Of a stretch of 64,000 nt of DNA, positions 29,465 to 39,800 are shown in pieces. The notes under the pieces are model-generated. The model searched no databases. It was given only the letters and a program-made list of their open reading frames with translations, and was not told the origin of the DNA. A program made the translations under genes and the position numbers. Source of the stretch: an uncultured bacterium (GTDB lineage: Bacteria > Oederibacteriota > JAAXVQ01 > JAUVAV01); assembly GCA_963710755.1 (NCBI GenBank), contig CAVQBK010000001.1, positions 32,001 through 96,000 of the forward strand, in the 5' to 3' direction. Positions within the stretch are counted from its first letter, which is position 1, and each line of letters starts with the position of its first letter.

Positions 29465-31873
29465 TTAAACAGTTACTTGGTTGACCACCGGTAGTTCGAA
29501 GGAAAACGTGCTACCCCGGTTTTCCTCACTGGCTACATGGATTTTACTTTGATGGGCATCAAGTATTTCTTTGACAATAGAAAGACCAAGACCTGTTCCT
29601 ACATATTTCCTGGTGGAGGAGCTATCAATCTGATAAAATCGATGAAATATCTTGGGCAATGATTTTTTAGGAATGCCAATGCCGGTATCCGCCACTTCCA
29701 GCTTAACCATGGGTACAGTCGACGAGGGCGTGGACTCTGGTGTGCTCAGGGTAAGGCGGATGGTGATACTGCCTTGTTCCGTAAACTTGATGGCATTAGA
29801 AACCAGATTCTGCATAACCTGTACGATTTTGGAGCGGTTGATACGCACCATGATGGATTGAGTGGTGCCTGCTCTTTGTAGGGTCAGCCCTTTAGCCTTG
29901 GCCATTTCTTCGGTGGCGGCGATCACTTCGTCCACCAATTCCTGCAAATTAGCCACTTCCATATTTTTAAGATGTTTTTTCTGATCCTGAAGCTTGGATA
30001 ACACCAACAAATCTTCGATCAACGTTAAAAGATGAGTGATGTTGCGCTTGATAATAGCCAGCTTGTCCTTCTGCATGCTGTCCAGCGGTCCGATTTTGTC
30101 ACATAAAAATAATTCCACATAGGATTTGATCGAGGTCAGCGGCGTTCTTAATTCATGAGACACATTGGAAAGGATTCGTGTTTTAAACTGATCCAATTCC
30201 TGCAAGTCTTTATTAACTGCTTCCAGCTCGTTGAGACGCAGCTGTAATTCCGAATAGAGTTGGGCATTTTCGATGACAATACCCAACTCATCTCCGATTT
30301 TACCCGCCCAGGCGCGATCGCGCATTTTAAATTTGGATTGACGCCGACTACCTATGCCTATAAGGCCAACCACTTTTTTTTGCGAACGCAATGGAATTAG
30401 CATCACCTCGGTGGAGGCGGGGAAGGGCATGCTTGGGAAAAGAGAGGCCAACGATTGCTGATCATGGAAAACCTGAACTTGACCGCTGCCGATAACTTTG
30501 GCCAGCGGGTGATGTTCCGTGGCGGTCATGCTGATTTCCGGCAAAGGCTCGGCCAACAGGCCGTCATGGGCCATGCAGCGCAGATAGGCACCCTGACGGT
30601 CAAGGATATACACCCAGCCCGAATACGCCTGCAATTGGGCAATGGTTTTTTTCATGACTAAGGAGAGAATGTCGCTCAAATTTGAAGTCTGGTTAATGGT
30701 TCTGGTGATGTCGTTTAGAAAAGCCAATTTGTTATTTTGGCTCTTGATCTCTTCTTCCCTTACATTAAGGGTTTGCATCATTTCATTAAAGCTCATGGTA
30801 AGGCGGGCGATTTCATCTTTGGAAGTGACAGGCAAAGGTTCCACCAGCAATCCGTTTTCCATTAATTTGATGCCTGCGTCCAGGGCTTCAATGGGTCCGA
30901 CGATTTTACCGACAATCCAAAAACTACCTAAAAGACTGATGAGAAGGGTGCCGGCAATGAAAATAATGAAAATGATGCGTAGCCGTCTGACCAGATCAGA
31001 GGCAATGGTGGTTTGTCGTTCAACGAAAATACCCCATTTTAAAAAAGTGCTGCGTGTATACGAGAGATAAAAGGCATGACCGTCTTTGTGGGTGACCAGT
31101 TCGATGTAGGATGAACGGCCGGATTGATGCAACCGCAGTTTCTCAATGGCCAGCGGGCGGTCAGGAGGAAAAGTAGGCGGGAGAATAATGGTGCCGCCAA
31201 TGGTGGCCATGGTGACCGTGGTGTCATCTCCGAAATGCCACTTAAGCAACGCGTTTTCAAAATAGCCGATGTCCACCAAAATAGTGACCAGGTAATGCGG
31301 AAGCCCATGGCCGTTGACTTCGAAACGCACCGGCAGGACAGTGGTTTTAAACTGATTGTCAAAATGAGGCGGCGCAATCTCAAAGGACTTTTTATCGTAA
31401 ATGATTTGGCGCCAATTAACCTGGTCGCGCCACTCCATTTTTAATTTACTTTTGTTCAAAGCCAATAATTGCCGGTGACTATGATTCTCGATACTGAAGG
31501 CCAGAAGCTCGGGATTGGTCGAAACACTCCATAACAGCGGACTGTTTTTATGGTTGAAAATGGTGGCAGAAGGATGTTCCACCAGGAAATCCTGAAACAG
31601 CTCCTGCGTGTTGATGAAAAGGGCAATGAAATAATGGTCCACGAAGTGTTGCAGTCGAACGGACAGGTATTGACTTTCCTGTTTGGCCTCGAGAAAAAGA
31701 TAATTGGATGTTTTGTGGATGGCCAGGTATGAGAAAAACATAAACGGGATACTAAGCATGACAAAGAGCATAAGGAACAGCTTATGCCGGAGCTTACTCT
31801 CCAAACCTGCCCATGATTTGAGTCTTTTCCAATGCTTTTTAATATTAAACCGCAGTCTTTTTCTCATTCGCAT
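29465..31873 (-). CDS. Sensor histidine kinase (TM, periplasmic Cache-like, HAMP, GAF, HisKA, HATPase)
   Basis: SKDEIARLTMSFNEM, ENAQLY, SHELRTPL, NLVSNAIKF, DTGIGI, GTGLGLSI. Confidence 0.93.
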   Translation of the reverse strand: MRMRKRLRFNIKKHWKRLKSWAGLESKLRHKLFLMLFVMLSIPFMFFSYLAIHKTSNYLFLEAKQESQYLSVRLQHFVDHYFIALFINTQELFQDFLVEHPSATIFNHKNSPLLWSVSTNPELLAFSIENHSHRQLLALNKSKLKMEWRDQVNWRQIIYDKKSFEIAPPHFDNQFKTTVLPVRFEVNGHGLPHYLVTILVDIGYFENALLKWHFGDDTTVTMATIGGTIILPPTFPPDRPLAIEKLRLHQSGRSSYIELVTHKDGHAFYLSYTRSTFLKWGIFVERQTTIASDLVRRLRIIFIIFIAGTLLISLLGSFWIVGKIVGPIEALDAGIKLMENGLLVEPLPVTSKDEIARLTMSFNEMMQTLNVREEEIKSQNNKLAFLNDITRTINQTSNLSDILSLVMKKTIAQLQAYSGWVYILDRQGAYLRCMAHDGLLAEPLPEISMTATEHHPLAKVIGSGQVQVFHDQQSLASLFPSMPFPASTEVMLIPLRSQKKVVGLIGIGSRRQSKFKMRDRAWAGKIGDELGIVIENAQLYSELQLRLNELEAVNKDLQELDQFKTRILSNVSHELRTPLTSIKSYVELFLCDKIGPLDSMQKDKLAIIKRNITHLLTLIEDLLVLSKLQDQKKHLKNMEVANLQELVDEVIAATEEMAKAKGLTLQRAGTTQSIMVRINRSKIVQVMQNLVSNAIKFTEQGSITIRLTLSTPESTPSSTVPMVKLEVADTGIGIPKKSLPKIFHRFYQIDSSSTRKYVGTGLGLSIVKEILDAHQSKIHVASEENRGSTFSFELPVVNQVTV

Positions 31874-31927
31874 ATTTTAGAAAGAAAAAGTAAAAAAAGC
31901 AATAATTCAGATGCCCAATCCCTCTAT

Positions 31928-31956
31928 TTGACATTTTACCCGCTTATGACTAAAAT
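31928..31956 (+). promoter_or_regulatory. Sigma70-type promoter of greA
   Basis: TTGACA-17 nt-TAAAAT. Confidence 0.75.
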
Positions 31957-32047
31957 GAATTCTTTATGGCAGCGCTCGTGACTCCATTTCCTGGCCTTGC
32001 GAGATTGGGTTGAGGGGTCCGCGTCAGAAGATAGAGGAGGTTGGCTT

Positions 32048-32524
32048 ATGTCAGGCAAAGTTTACCTGACCCAGGAAGGGTTTGAAAAAATGCAGGAAGA
32101 ATTGAATTACTTAAGAGGGCCCAAACGCCGTGAGATTACGGAAGCCATCAAGGTGGCACGGGAACACGGCGATTTATCGGAAAATGCAGAGTATGATGCA
32201 GCCAAAGAAGAACAAGCCAAGCTGGAACTAAGGATCCAACAGCTGCAGACACAACTGGCCAGTGCTCAAATCATTGACCGCTCCAACATCCCTGAAGGGA
32301 AAGTTTCAGTAGGGCAAAAAGTCAAAGTTAAAGATCTGGGCAACGATGATATTTACGAATACACCATGGTGGTCCCGGCAGAAGCTGATTTTGATGCCGG
32401 CAAACTCTCGGCCACTTCGCCTATCGGGAAGGGGTTGATCGGTCATGTCATTGGCGAAGTCATTGAAATTAAAATTCCGGCGGGCCTGAAAAAATACGAA
32501 ATTCTGGATATTGTTTTGGCATAA
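32048..32524 (+). CDS. greA: Transcription elongation factor GreA
   Basis: HGDLSENAEYDAAKEEQ, SPIGKGLIG; AGGAGGT RBS before ATG 32048. Confidence 0.97.
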   Translation: MSGKVYLTQEGFEKMQEELNYLRGPKRREITEAIKVAREHGDLSENAEYDAAKEEQAKLELRIQQLQTQLASAQIIDRSNIPEGKVSVGQKVKVKDLGNDDIYEYTMVVPAEADFDAGKLSATSPIGKGLIGHVIGEVIEIKIPAGLKKYEILDIVLA

Positions 32525-32597
32525 GGAAAATTGATTGTAAGGGCTGCTCTTACAACGCCCATGGTACCGGCCAACGGTTTGGTTGGCAGGCTGATTT

Positions 32598-33707
32598 TCA
32601 ACGGTGGGCTTTGGTCATCAGCCATATACCGATAGCGGCAAACACGGCATTGGCCACCCATACCGAAACCAGCGGCGAGAACATGCCATTTTTACCAAAT
32701 GAGGACCCTACCGCGATAAAGCCGATATAAAAGAAGCCGGTGATAATGGTAATCACAAAACCAATAGCCGTCCAGACAATGCTGCGACGTCCGGTGGGGA
32801 AAACAAAGGGCAATGAAACGCCCAACAGCGCCAGGATGAAATTGGCAAAGGGGAAGGCGATTTTCAGGTGAAAATTGACTTCTTCTTTTCTGGGGTCAAT
32901 GCCGGTTTCCTTTAAAAGCCGGATCTGGTAGCTTAATTCACGCAATGGTGTGGACAGCAGTTGGTCGTCTTTTTTTTCCTGACGAATAAATTCCTTGGGC
33001 AGTTCCCGAAAAGGCAGTGCCAGGCTTGAAAAACGGTTATAGCCGATCATGCGGGCCTGTTCGTCGAAGCGTCTTATAACCCCGCTTAGAAAAATCCAAT
33101 GTCCTTTCACCCACTGTGCGGCCGGGGCATCAATTCTGCTTTCCAATTGCAGCTCGTCCCGAAATTTTAAGAGGGTCACATCCTTCATGGTGCCGGTCTG
33201 GGCATCCAAGTGATGAGCGTGCAGGATTCTCTTGCCTGACACACTGCGCGTCACCCAATCACGTTGCAAGCGCAGCGATTCCTCGTCCTTATGTTCAATA
33301 GAGACCCGTTTGATGCGGCTGGCCCGTGGATTGGTATAGGGGATTACCAGCTCGTTGAAAACCAGAACCACAGCCACTAGAACCAGAGAAACAGCTAAAA
33401 TAGGGGAAACCATCCGGAAGAACCCAATACCGCAGCTGCGCATGGCAATGAGCTCATTTTGCCTGGCCAATTGACCCAGCGAGAACAAGGAAGCCAGCAA
33501 GATGGAAAGAGGCAGGATTTGCACCAAGAAGTAGGGCACGCGATAAAGGTAATAAAGCACAATTAATATCAAATCCGGCTTGTGGTTGACAAAGGAACGC
33601 ATTTCATCGACCATCTGGGAAATGATATACAATCCCACAAAGACCAAAATGGTGAAGAACAGCGGTTTGAGGAATTCTTTTAAAATATATTTGGAAAGCG
33701 TATTCAT
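32598..33707 (-). CDS. lptG: LPS export ABC permease, LptG-like
   Basis: YILKEFL, NELIAMRSCGI, LptF/G topology, WVAN; start ATG 33707 after AGGAG. Confidence 0.85.
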   Translation of the reverse strand: MNTLSKYILKEFLKPLFFTILVFVGLYIISQMVDEMRSFVNHKPDLILIVLYYLYRVPYFLVQILPLSILLASLFSLGQLARQNELIAMRSCGIGFFRMVSPILAVSLVLVAVVLVFNELVIPYTNPRASRIKRVSIEHKDEESLRLQRDWVTRSVSGKRILHAHHLDAQTGTMKDVTLLKFRDELQLESRIDAPAAQWVKGHWIFLSGVIRRFDEQARMIGYNRFSSLALPFRELPKEFIRQEKKDDQLLSTPLRELSYQIRLLKETGIDPRKEEVNFHLKIAFPFANFILALLGVSLPFVFPTGRRSIVWTAIGFVITIITGFFYIGFIAVGSSFGKNGMFSPLVSVWVANAVFAAIGIWLMTKAHR

Positions 33708-33711
33708 TGGA

Positions 33712-34899
33712 CTAACTCCTGCGGGCGGTGGAACGCCGGATAACATGCTGCACCCAACGTTGGTGCAGAGTGGTGAAAAAAGGAGCCTTTTCCAGAATCA
33801 CCCAAGCCAGGCTATAGGTCCCGGCAGCCACCAGGATTAAATTAGGCAGCCACATGGATAAAAAGGGCGGCATTTTTCCGTTGGCGCCAAAAGTCTCGCC
33901 CAGGGAAATAAAAATATAGTAGATGAAAATCAGCAGCACACCGATGAAATAGGAAAAATATTTTCCCGAACGGGGTGCCAGAATGCCCAAAGGCGCCCCG
34001 ATTAAAAAGAAAGCGAAACAGGCAAAGGGAATGGATGTTTTTTTAAAGTATTCCACCCATAACAGCCGGATGTCGTCGCCGGTTTGCCGCCGTCTGTTGA
34101 TTTCGCTTTTGATCTGCGCCATCGTCATTTCCCGGGCACTGCGCGATGCGTTTCGGTCGGGATTGGCTAATTCACGATTAATATCCAGATCCAGAAAGTT
34201 GGTGCGGAAATCAATTTGAGAGAAGTCCTGGAGGTCCTCACGCTGGACAATTTGCATATAGCCGTCTTCCAGCTTGAGCATTACCCGGTGGTTTTGCTCA
34301 TCGCTGATCAGTTGGCCCCGCTTGGCCACAATCGTCCGGAAGTTCTTGTCTTTTTTTTGATCGCGTACAAACACCACCACGTCTTTAAGCTCACCGGTAA
34401 TGGGATTTTTTTCTCCTACCCGGAATACATAACCGTCGAAATCTTCGACAAAAACATGGTCTTCAATAACAATGGCGGCCCGTTGACTGACGATTTTAAA
34501 ATATAGATCGCGGTAGGCGTAATTGGCATAGGGCAGGGCGGTGTTGTTGAAGACGATCATGGCCACGGTCAAAAGAGCACCCAGGCCAAGGGTGGCGCCC
34601 ACCAAGGGCAGCAGGGAGATGCCGGAGGCTTTCATGGCGGTCAGCTCATTGTCACTTTTTAAACGCGAAAACGCCACCATGACCGCCACCAAGCAAGCCA
34701 TGGGAATAGTGATGGCAAAAGTCGAGGGCAAAATGAAAAACAGCAGCTTGGCTACGGTGAACACGGACACACCGTATTTAACGATCAAATCGGTGAGCGT
34801 GAAAATCCGATCCATGACCAGAATAAAGGAAAACACGGTCAGACCCATTAAAAAGGGAAAAGCCAATTCTTTTAGTACATAGCGATAGAGGGTTTTCAT
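33712..34899 (-). CDS. lptF: LPS export ABC permease, LptF-like
   Basis: LYRYVLKE, DNELTAMKASGIS, GAPLG, MWLPN; paired with lptG. Confidence 0.85.
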   Translation of the reverse strand: MKTLYRYVLKELAFPFLMGLTVFSFILVMDRIFTLTDLIVKYGVSVFTVAKLLFFILPSTFAITIPMACLVAVMVAFSRLKSDNELTAMKASGISLLPLVGATLGLGALLTVAMIVFNNTALPYANYAYRDLYFKIVSQRAAIVIEDHVFVEDFDGYVFRVGEKNPITGELKDVVVFVRDQKKDKNFRTIVAKRGQLISDEQNHRVMLKLEDGYMQIVQREDLQDFSQIDFRTNFLDLDINRELANPDRNASRSAREMTMAQIKSEINRRRQTGDDIRLLWVEYFKKTSIPFACFAFFLIGAPLGILAPRSGKYFSYFIGVLLIFIYYIFISLGETFGANGKMPPFLSMWLPNLILVAAGTYSLAWVILEKAPFFTTLHQRWVQHVIRRSTARRS

Positions 34900-36416
34900 C
34901 AAGGTTGCCCCGTTTGGGTTTTTGGTTTTAAATGATAACAGAAAACGATTTTGATGGTTCTGATCCTTTCATGACCATCGGTGATCTCTATATCAGGCAG
35001 CACCACTATCCGATTGAAAAACTGTCTGACATGATCTACTTCCCATTGGTTTTCGCAAACATAGACCGCATTGTGCCCCACCAACCGGTCCCGATGATCC
35101 CAAATCTGAAATTGGTTATTGGCCGGGTCATGGCGGGCCAATAATTGGACCTGGGGATGGCCGGGTGTGTAAAACCAGAGGATACCTGCTATTTGATATC
35201 GCCGGGCAGCCAAAAAAACAGGCGTATCGCTTTGTTTCTGCAATTCCCGCAGACAGATTCCGGTCTGGAGGCCCACTTCGCGCCATCCACGAATACGATT
35301 GGCGGAATCAGCGGCCCTGCCGGTAAGCGGCAAAAACGGATGCAGCACCTGCAGGTGAGCTGTTGCAGTAAAAATGAACGATACGATCAATGTGGCATTC
35401 AGCCATTTTCTGGTGCGTTCTGCAACCGGACTCTGCAACAAGCTGTCCGTCCAGCCGGCCAGGAGCATTAAAGCCGCCAAGTAAGCCGGCGCCGGCCAAT
35501 TGGCATAAACCTCGGTTTTAAAAGATAGCAGGAAAAAGAACAACAAAGTTGGTGCAGAGAAGGAAAAAAGCCACAAATAGGAGGTCGCATGGACTGATTT
35601 TTTACGCCATTGTTGCCATCCGATCAGGGGAGCGGCCAGACAGAAAATACCCATCAGCGGTGACAGAACCCCCAGTTGGCCAACCAGAAAATCGCCTACT
35701 GATTTAAGCCGGAACCAAGACTGTTGATGCACGCCGCCAAGGTCGCCGATGTGGTTGAAGGAGGCCCAGTGATGGGCAATATTCCAGAATACGATGGGTG
35801 AGACCAAAGCAGCAGTCAGCACGCCGGCCAGGTATAAATAGGGTTTCTTCCAGAACGGACGCGCCTGGGGGGAGAGTACCAAGAACAACAGCAGGCCAGG
35901 CACAAACAGGGCCATGGTATATTTGGAGAGCCCTCCCAGTCCCAGCATGAGTGCGCCCCCAAGCCAGCCCCAAGACCAGTTTTCCACCACCGCCCGGTAA
36001 AAAAAGTAAAGCGCAGCCATCCAAAACATGACCATGATGCTGTCATGCATCATTAAAAGGGCACCTGCTGAAAAGAGCAGTGTGACCGTTAGGCCCAGAA
36101 ATGCCAACCAACCGGCACGTTCACTTTGAAATAATTTTTTAGTGGTAAAAAAAATGAGCGCTGAACTAACCACAGACAAAGCCACGGATCCCAGGCGCAC
36201 CGACCATTCGCTAATATGGCCGGCCAGCAGGGTAAAGGCCTTAATGACAAGGGCCAACATGGGACCTTGGTCATAATAAGACCAGTCCAAATGCTGCGAC
36301 CAAGTCCAATAATAAGCTTCATCAGGCGCCAATTCAAAACGTCCGATAATCAGAAGCCTGAAAACAGTAATTAAAGCCAAGGTGAGATAAAACTTGGTGG
36401 TCGGGGTTAATTTCAA
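34899..36416 (-). CDS. GT39/ArnT-like (GT-C) membrane glycosyltransferase
   Basis: PDEAYYWTWSQHLDWSYYDQGP, LSKY, many TMs; probable TTG start 36416 after GAGGAG (ORF extends to 36470). Confidence 0.88.
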   Translation of the reverse strand: MKLTPTTKFYLTLALITVFRLLIIGRFELAPDEAYYWTWSQHLDWSYYDQGPMLALVIKAFTLLAGHISEWSVRLGSVALSVVSSALIFFTTKKLFQSERAGWLAFLGLTVTLLFSAGALLMMHDSIMVMFWMAALYFFYRAVVENWSWGWLGGALMLGLGGLSKYTMALFVPGLLLFLVLSPQARPFWKKPYLYLAGVLTAALVSPIVFWNIAHHWASFNHIGDLGGVHQQSWFRLKSVGDFLVGQLGVLSPLMGIFCLAAPLIGWQQWRKKSVHATSYLWLFSFSAPTLLFFFLLSFKTEVYANWPAPAYLAALMLLAGWTDSLLQSPVAERTRKWLNATLIVSFIFTATAHLQVLHPFLPLTGRAADSANRIRGWREVGLQTGICLRELQKQSDTPVFLAARRYQIAGILWFYTPGHPQVQLLARHDPANNQFQIWDHRDRLVGHNAVYVCENQWEVDHVRQFFNRIVVLPDIEITDGHERIRTIKIVFCYHLKPKTQTGQP

Positions 36417-36593
36417 AACAAACTCCTCAGAATTGGTGAAATCCATAGGGATGAAACCAAGGATAATCAACCGGAAAACAGGAAATGGTATTTTTAAAGG
36501 CGATCATATTGTCAGGAATTTTACTAAAACCGCCGTTAATATACAATGAACAAATATAAAACCTCTTATTTTTAAGGTTAATAGAGAATAAAC

Positions 36594-36622
36594 TTGCCAC
36601 GCCCTATGCGGTTGGGGATAAT
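36594..36622 (+). promoter_or_regulatory. Candidate sigma70 promoter for the giant outer-membrane protein gene
   Basis: TTGCCA-17 nt-GATAAT. Confidence 0.45.
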
Positions 36623-36812
36623 GATAGACACTGTTTAGGGGAATTATCATCAATGATATTTTGAAAGGTTATTTGTAAGAAGGAAATTATCAATCCCATA
36701 ATCAAGAATATACAAGAATATATAAGTGGCCTGAGCCGCCATTAAAATAGGTTTCCATTTGGGTCACGCCATGAGTGATCATGCCTTGCCAGAGGTGTAG
36801 TGCAATTGGAGG

Positions 36813-39800
36813 ATGTTCTTGAAACAGATCTTGAAGGTTAGTGTTGGAATAACGTCCATATTATTCCTTGCTGTCATATGGAGTTGGTCTTTTGGCTGGG
36901 CCGCGGAAACGCCGGCTTCAGGTCCCTTGGCTGAGACGATTACAGTGCCAAAGAACGATCCTGTTGATGTTCAGGGAAATAGCCCCGTTGCCTCCGGCAG
37001 CGGCAATTCTATCGGCGCAACATCGACGGTTGTCAACAGCAGGCTGATGCCACCTACCGGTGTGGAAGCCCGCAGTGGCGGAGACCGGGTTTTGATCGCC
37101 TGGGAGCCGGCCCCACCGGCAGGAAACAACAAACTCAGCTATCAATTATTCCGGGCTGAAAGCCCGTTGAGCGGTTACTGGGATAAGACCTGGCCTGCAC
37201 CGCTCAATCCATCACCACTAAGGGTAGAATATTTTCTGGATATGCCCGGTTTCTCCAGTAGCCCACCGGAAAAGGGAAAAACCTACTACTACAGCCTCAT
37301 CAGTGTGGATGGCCAAGGTAATTCCTCCGCTGCAAGTGCACCGCTTAAAGTCCTTAATATTCCCATGCTTTGTGAACCTGGGGCCGTAGAGGCAACAGCC
37401 GGCAACCAGTCGGTGCATCTCAAATGGCTGCCTTCCTTTTCCGGCGGAGAGTTCGGCTTATGTGGTTATATGATTTTCCGTTCCACGGAAAAAGGCCAAC
37501 TGGGATCACCCTTGTTTACAGAACCGATCAAAACCGAGGACTATACCGACCGCGGGGACAACCAGCAAGGATTGGTCAATGGCAAAACCTATTACTACAC
37601 CTTTTTTTCCGAAGACAATGCGGGCAACCGTTCCCAAGTCCCCGTGGTGGTGAAGGCCACGCCCTTTGCACCGCCAACCTCTCCGCTGCAGATCAATGCC
37701 ACCCCCAAATCGGATGATATGATCACCCTGACTTGGTCACCTTCCACGGCCGGCAGCTATGGGCTCAAAGGCTATCAAATCTATCGTAAAAGTGATAAGG
37801 AAACCGAATTTGGCGCACCCATTAACAAAACCCTGGTGATTGGAACCACCTTTGTGGATTCAGAAGAAAACAGTATTTCCAAACCTATCCTGGGGCGGGA
37901 GTATACCTATGTGGTAAGGGCTGTGGATACCCAGGACCATGAGAGTCCTCCTTCGGAAGGGGCTGTGGCTTCACCGCTTACACCTATTGCCATACCCAAA
38001 CAGGGCATTCTTTCCACCGCTATTCCCGGTCTGCCGCCGGATTCGTCGTTGACCATCTCGGGCCGCAAGAAAATTGATATTGGGTACACGGATATTATCA
38101 GTTTGAGTGAGTCCGAAAATGCTAATCCTGTGCCTTCTTTGGGGTCGGGCCTGACCGATGGATTTAATCTGGAGCAGGAGTTGCAGGTGCGTCTGGAAGG
38201 CAAGGTGGGCAAAAAAATAACGGTGGATGTGGATTATGACGACACCCAGGAAGAGCAGCGCAAAATTTCCATTCAATACGCCGGCGATCCTGATGAAGTG
38301 GTTCAGGAAGCGGCTTTTGGAGATATCAATCTCGATTTGGATAAGACGGAATTTGCAGGCTATAACAAGAACCTCTTCGGTGCCAAAGTCAAGGTGGGCT
38401 ACAATGGCTTTAACCTGACCGCCATCGGCGCCCAAACCAAGGGCATTACAGTGACTGAAAGCTTCCAAGGCAATACCTCGCCCAAGAAGATTGATATTGC
38501 GGATACCAGTTTTGTGGCTTATAAATATTATTATTTGACCAAGGATTGGCCCAACCAGGTTAACCATTACGACTTACCTATTTACGCCTCCAAACAAGCT
38601 TTTTACAGCGATAGCAACCCCAACCAAAAAATTCATGGTATTGTGCCGCAATCAGTGGAAATTTGGGTGCGCGACGGCTTGAATGATACCAATTCGCGGG
38701 CAGCGAGCAACACCACGACCGCCAATATTTTCTTCAACCGGTTTTCTCCGGGTATTGACTACACCGTGGATTACCAGGTTGGCGTGATTAATTTCACCAG
38801 GCCCATCACCCGGACCTGGTCCATTGCGGTAGCTTACCGCTACAGAGACGCCAATGATGTGGAGCATAGCGTGGGCTACGATCCCAATGGACAGATCAAC
38901 CTGGATTACGCTACCTTGCAAGTACCTGTTGATGGTAAGACTTCGGATAGTGCTCATTTGATCCAGGATTACAACACCAATGATCCCAATTTATCGAAAA
39001 ATTACATTATGATGCTGATGCAGCGCTATAACCTGGGGTATCAGAATATCGTTGATCCTCAGAGCGACCGCGAATTTGTCATCAAAATTTACAAAAGCAA
39101 CGGAGAGGAATATCCTTTGCCACTGCCGACAGATACCTTGAATGCAGAGAAAATATACAGTATTGATCCAACTTTTGGCACTATTTCTTTCCGCCATGAT
39201 TATCCCTTCACAGCCAATACCCTGCAGGATCCATCCCTGCGCTACAAATCGGACATTTATAATAATGGTCTGGAAGACGCCTACAGTTCGGTCTACAACA
39301 CCACTTTGGGCGGCAGCAACAACAGTATTGCCAATAATATTTCCATTCATGTTGAATTTAAAAATACCATTTCCACTTTTAATCTCTCCCACTGGAATGT
39401 CATCAAGGATTCAGAGGTGATCCGTAAAGACGGCCTGAAAATGCAGCGTAATACCGATTACTTCATCGATTACGACACCGGGTTCATTACTTTCCTTAAC
39501 CCCGACAGTATTGCCAGCAGCAGTGACATCAGCATCACCTATGAATATCTGCCTTTTGGTGGCAAATACCAGACCAATTTATTCGGCGCACGGGCGGAAT
39601 ACGATATCATCGACAAACGGCTGACCATAGGCTCCACCTTTTTGTACAACGCCAGCCAAACGCCGATGGACATTCCTGATGTAAATTCAGCCCCCACTTC
39701 CTTGGCCATCTATGATGGTGATGTGCAGCTAAATCTGAATCCCAAGGATTTTTCAGATATGCTCAATCCTTTAGTGGGAGAGACTAAAATACCACTTTCG